DNA of 56,618 nucleotides from Armatimonadota bacterium (GTDB taxonomy: Bacteria; Armatimonadota; UBA10988), in NCBI GenBank assembly GCA_016235455.1, contig JACRKZ010000055.1, positions 1-56,618 of the forward strand, read 5' to 3'. A program made the position numbers and the translations under genes. The stretch's first letter is position 1. Every line of letters begins with the position of its first letter. The notes beneath the pieces were generated by a model. It was not told the DNA's origin and made no database searches. It worked only from the letters and a program-made list of their open reading frames with translations. This document shows, in pieces, positions 55,589 to 56,618 of this stretch.

Positions 55589-56618
55589 CTAGCGAGCCGC
55601 CGCGCGGTCCAGTGGCGGATGGGCCGCCAGATACTCGAGCGTGGCCACTACAACGGGTGTGACCACGGCGGGGTTGGGGTTGAACCCGCCGATGCGCCAC
55701 AGCCAGCCGTAGCCGCCCAGTCGGTAGCCACCGATGAAGTCGTCGCCGCCGTCGCGGGCCGCGCTGACCAGGGCCACATGGCCCGGATCGGCGCTGCTGC
55801 GCGGCAGGCCGCGGTTGACCGGGCTCACCAGTGCCTGCACCCGGCCAGCCAGTGCGTCGCCCAGCCAGGCGCGGCCCGTGCTGGTCACGTTCAGCGGCTC
55901 GGCTGGGGCGTCCACCTCACCGCCACCCACGGGGATGCCCAGCCCGCCCAGGCCGTCCGGCCCGACCACCTGGCCGCCGCCGTTGTGGAACGAGTAGCCG
56001 CCGGTCTCCCACCACACGCCGCCGCGGCCGACGAACGCCTTGACACGGTCGATCTGCGCACGCGCCGCGCCGGGCTCGGCGGGCAGTTGCTCGCCGTAGG
56101 GGTTGATGATGGCCCAGACGTCGGCCGGCCCTTGCTCCAACACGCGCGCCACCTCGGTCGCGGAGCGCAGCACGCGGGGCGCGCCGAGCTTGGAGGCGGT
56201 CAGGGCCGCCACATACTGCGCGGGCTGTACCGTCGACCAGGACAGGCCCACGCCGGCGCCTAGATCGATGACCGCCACCGCCTTGCCCGGCCAGACCGCC
56301 GGCTTGGTCGCCACGGCGGTGAGGTCGGGCAGCTTGAGGGTCAGCCGCGCGCCATCACGCTGCGCGGCGACGGGCGTGCCGTCGACCCGCACGGCCACCG
56401 CACCGGCCGGCGCGGCGGGCAGGTCGATCCGCGCCGTCTCGCCGCCATGCGCCAGGACCCAGGCCTCGGCGTTGCGTGCCGTGCCGCTGCTGACGAAGCC
56501 GGGCTCGCCCTGCCGCAGCGCGGCACGCATGGTCGGGCTGGCCGCCGTGAAGCCATAGGATGCGAGGTTGACGCCGTCGACCGTGCGCGGTTTGGCGTCG
56601 AGGTTGACGACGAATGTG
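55589..56618 (-). CDS. Hypothetical protein, C-terminal part (N-terminus beyond the right window edge)
   Basis: Frame stays open to the window end; contains INPYGE and FVGRGGVWWETGGYSF, resembling a GATase-like/trimerisation accessory domain. Confidence 0.6.
   Translation of the reverse strand, partial: TFVVNLDAKPRTVDGVNLASYGFTAASPTMRAALRQGEPGFVSSGTARNAEAWVLAHGGETARIDLPAAPAGAVAVRVDGTPVAAQRDGARLTLKLPDLTAVATKPAVWPGKAVAVIDLGAGVGLSWSTVQPAQYVAALTASKLGAPRVLRSATEVARVLEQGPADVWAIINPYGEQLPAEPGAARAQIDRVKAFVGRGGVWWETGGYSFHNGGGQVVGPDGLGGLGIPVGGGEVDAPAEPLNVTSTGRAWLGDALAGRVQALVSPVNRGLPRSSADPGHVALVSAARDGGDDFIGGYRLGGYGWLWRIGGFNPNPAVVTPVVVATLEYLAAHPPLDRAAAR

Overview
High-GC bacterial chromosomal window of about 48 genes, with no recognisable rRNA, tRNA, CRISPR array, integrase, transposase or reverse transcriptase. 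Two prepilin/DUF1559-type proteins and many secreted glycosidases suggest an Armatimonadota- or Planctomycetota-like host (inference only). From left to right: (1) a motility/adhesion island on the minus strand, tadE-tadG-[terminator, sigma28-like promoter]-tadG'-tadE'-cpaB-[sigma28-like promoter]-fliS-REC/GAF/HisKA protein with a degenerate N-box; (2) a prepilin-type gene divergent from hisC-tyrA-aroA-cmk-plsC, followed by an ECF sigma/anti-sigma module flanked by two Spy/CpxP-like genes; (3) ilvE, carA (with a QLSLF clamp-binding-like motif in its linker), a Pro-rich membrane protein, rodA, tag, a DinB-family gene and a polysaccharide deacetylase; (4) a deletion-frameshifted M24 peptidase, a collagen-like membrane protein, an orphan octaheme HAO-family cytochrome c, a GNAT, a sugar ABC transporter and an MCP with a sigma28-like promoter; (5) hisD-hisB, a perfect 82-bp palindrome, a GDPD and two secreted hypotheticals; (6) four glycoside hydrolases, including a GH16 with a tandemly duplicated unknown domain; (7) a 10-PAS hybrid kinase, a second prepilin-type gene, a sugar isomerase, Fic, a Ca2+/H+ antiporter and a truncated ORF. 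The best candidate for an undescribed system is the duplicated Tad minor-pilin/adhesin cassettes, one of which appears to be wired into the flagellar sigma28 regulon. All functional calls come from motif recognition by eye; no database searches were run.
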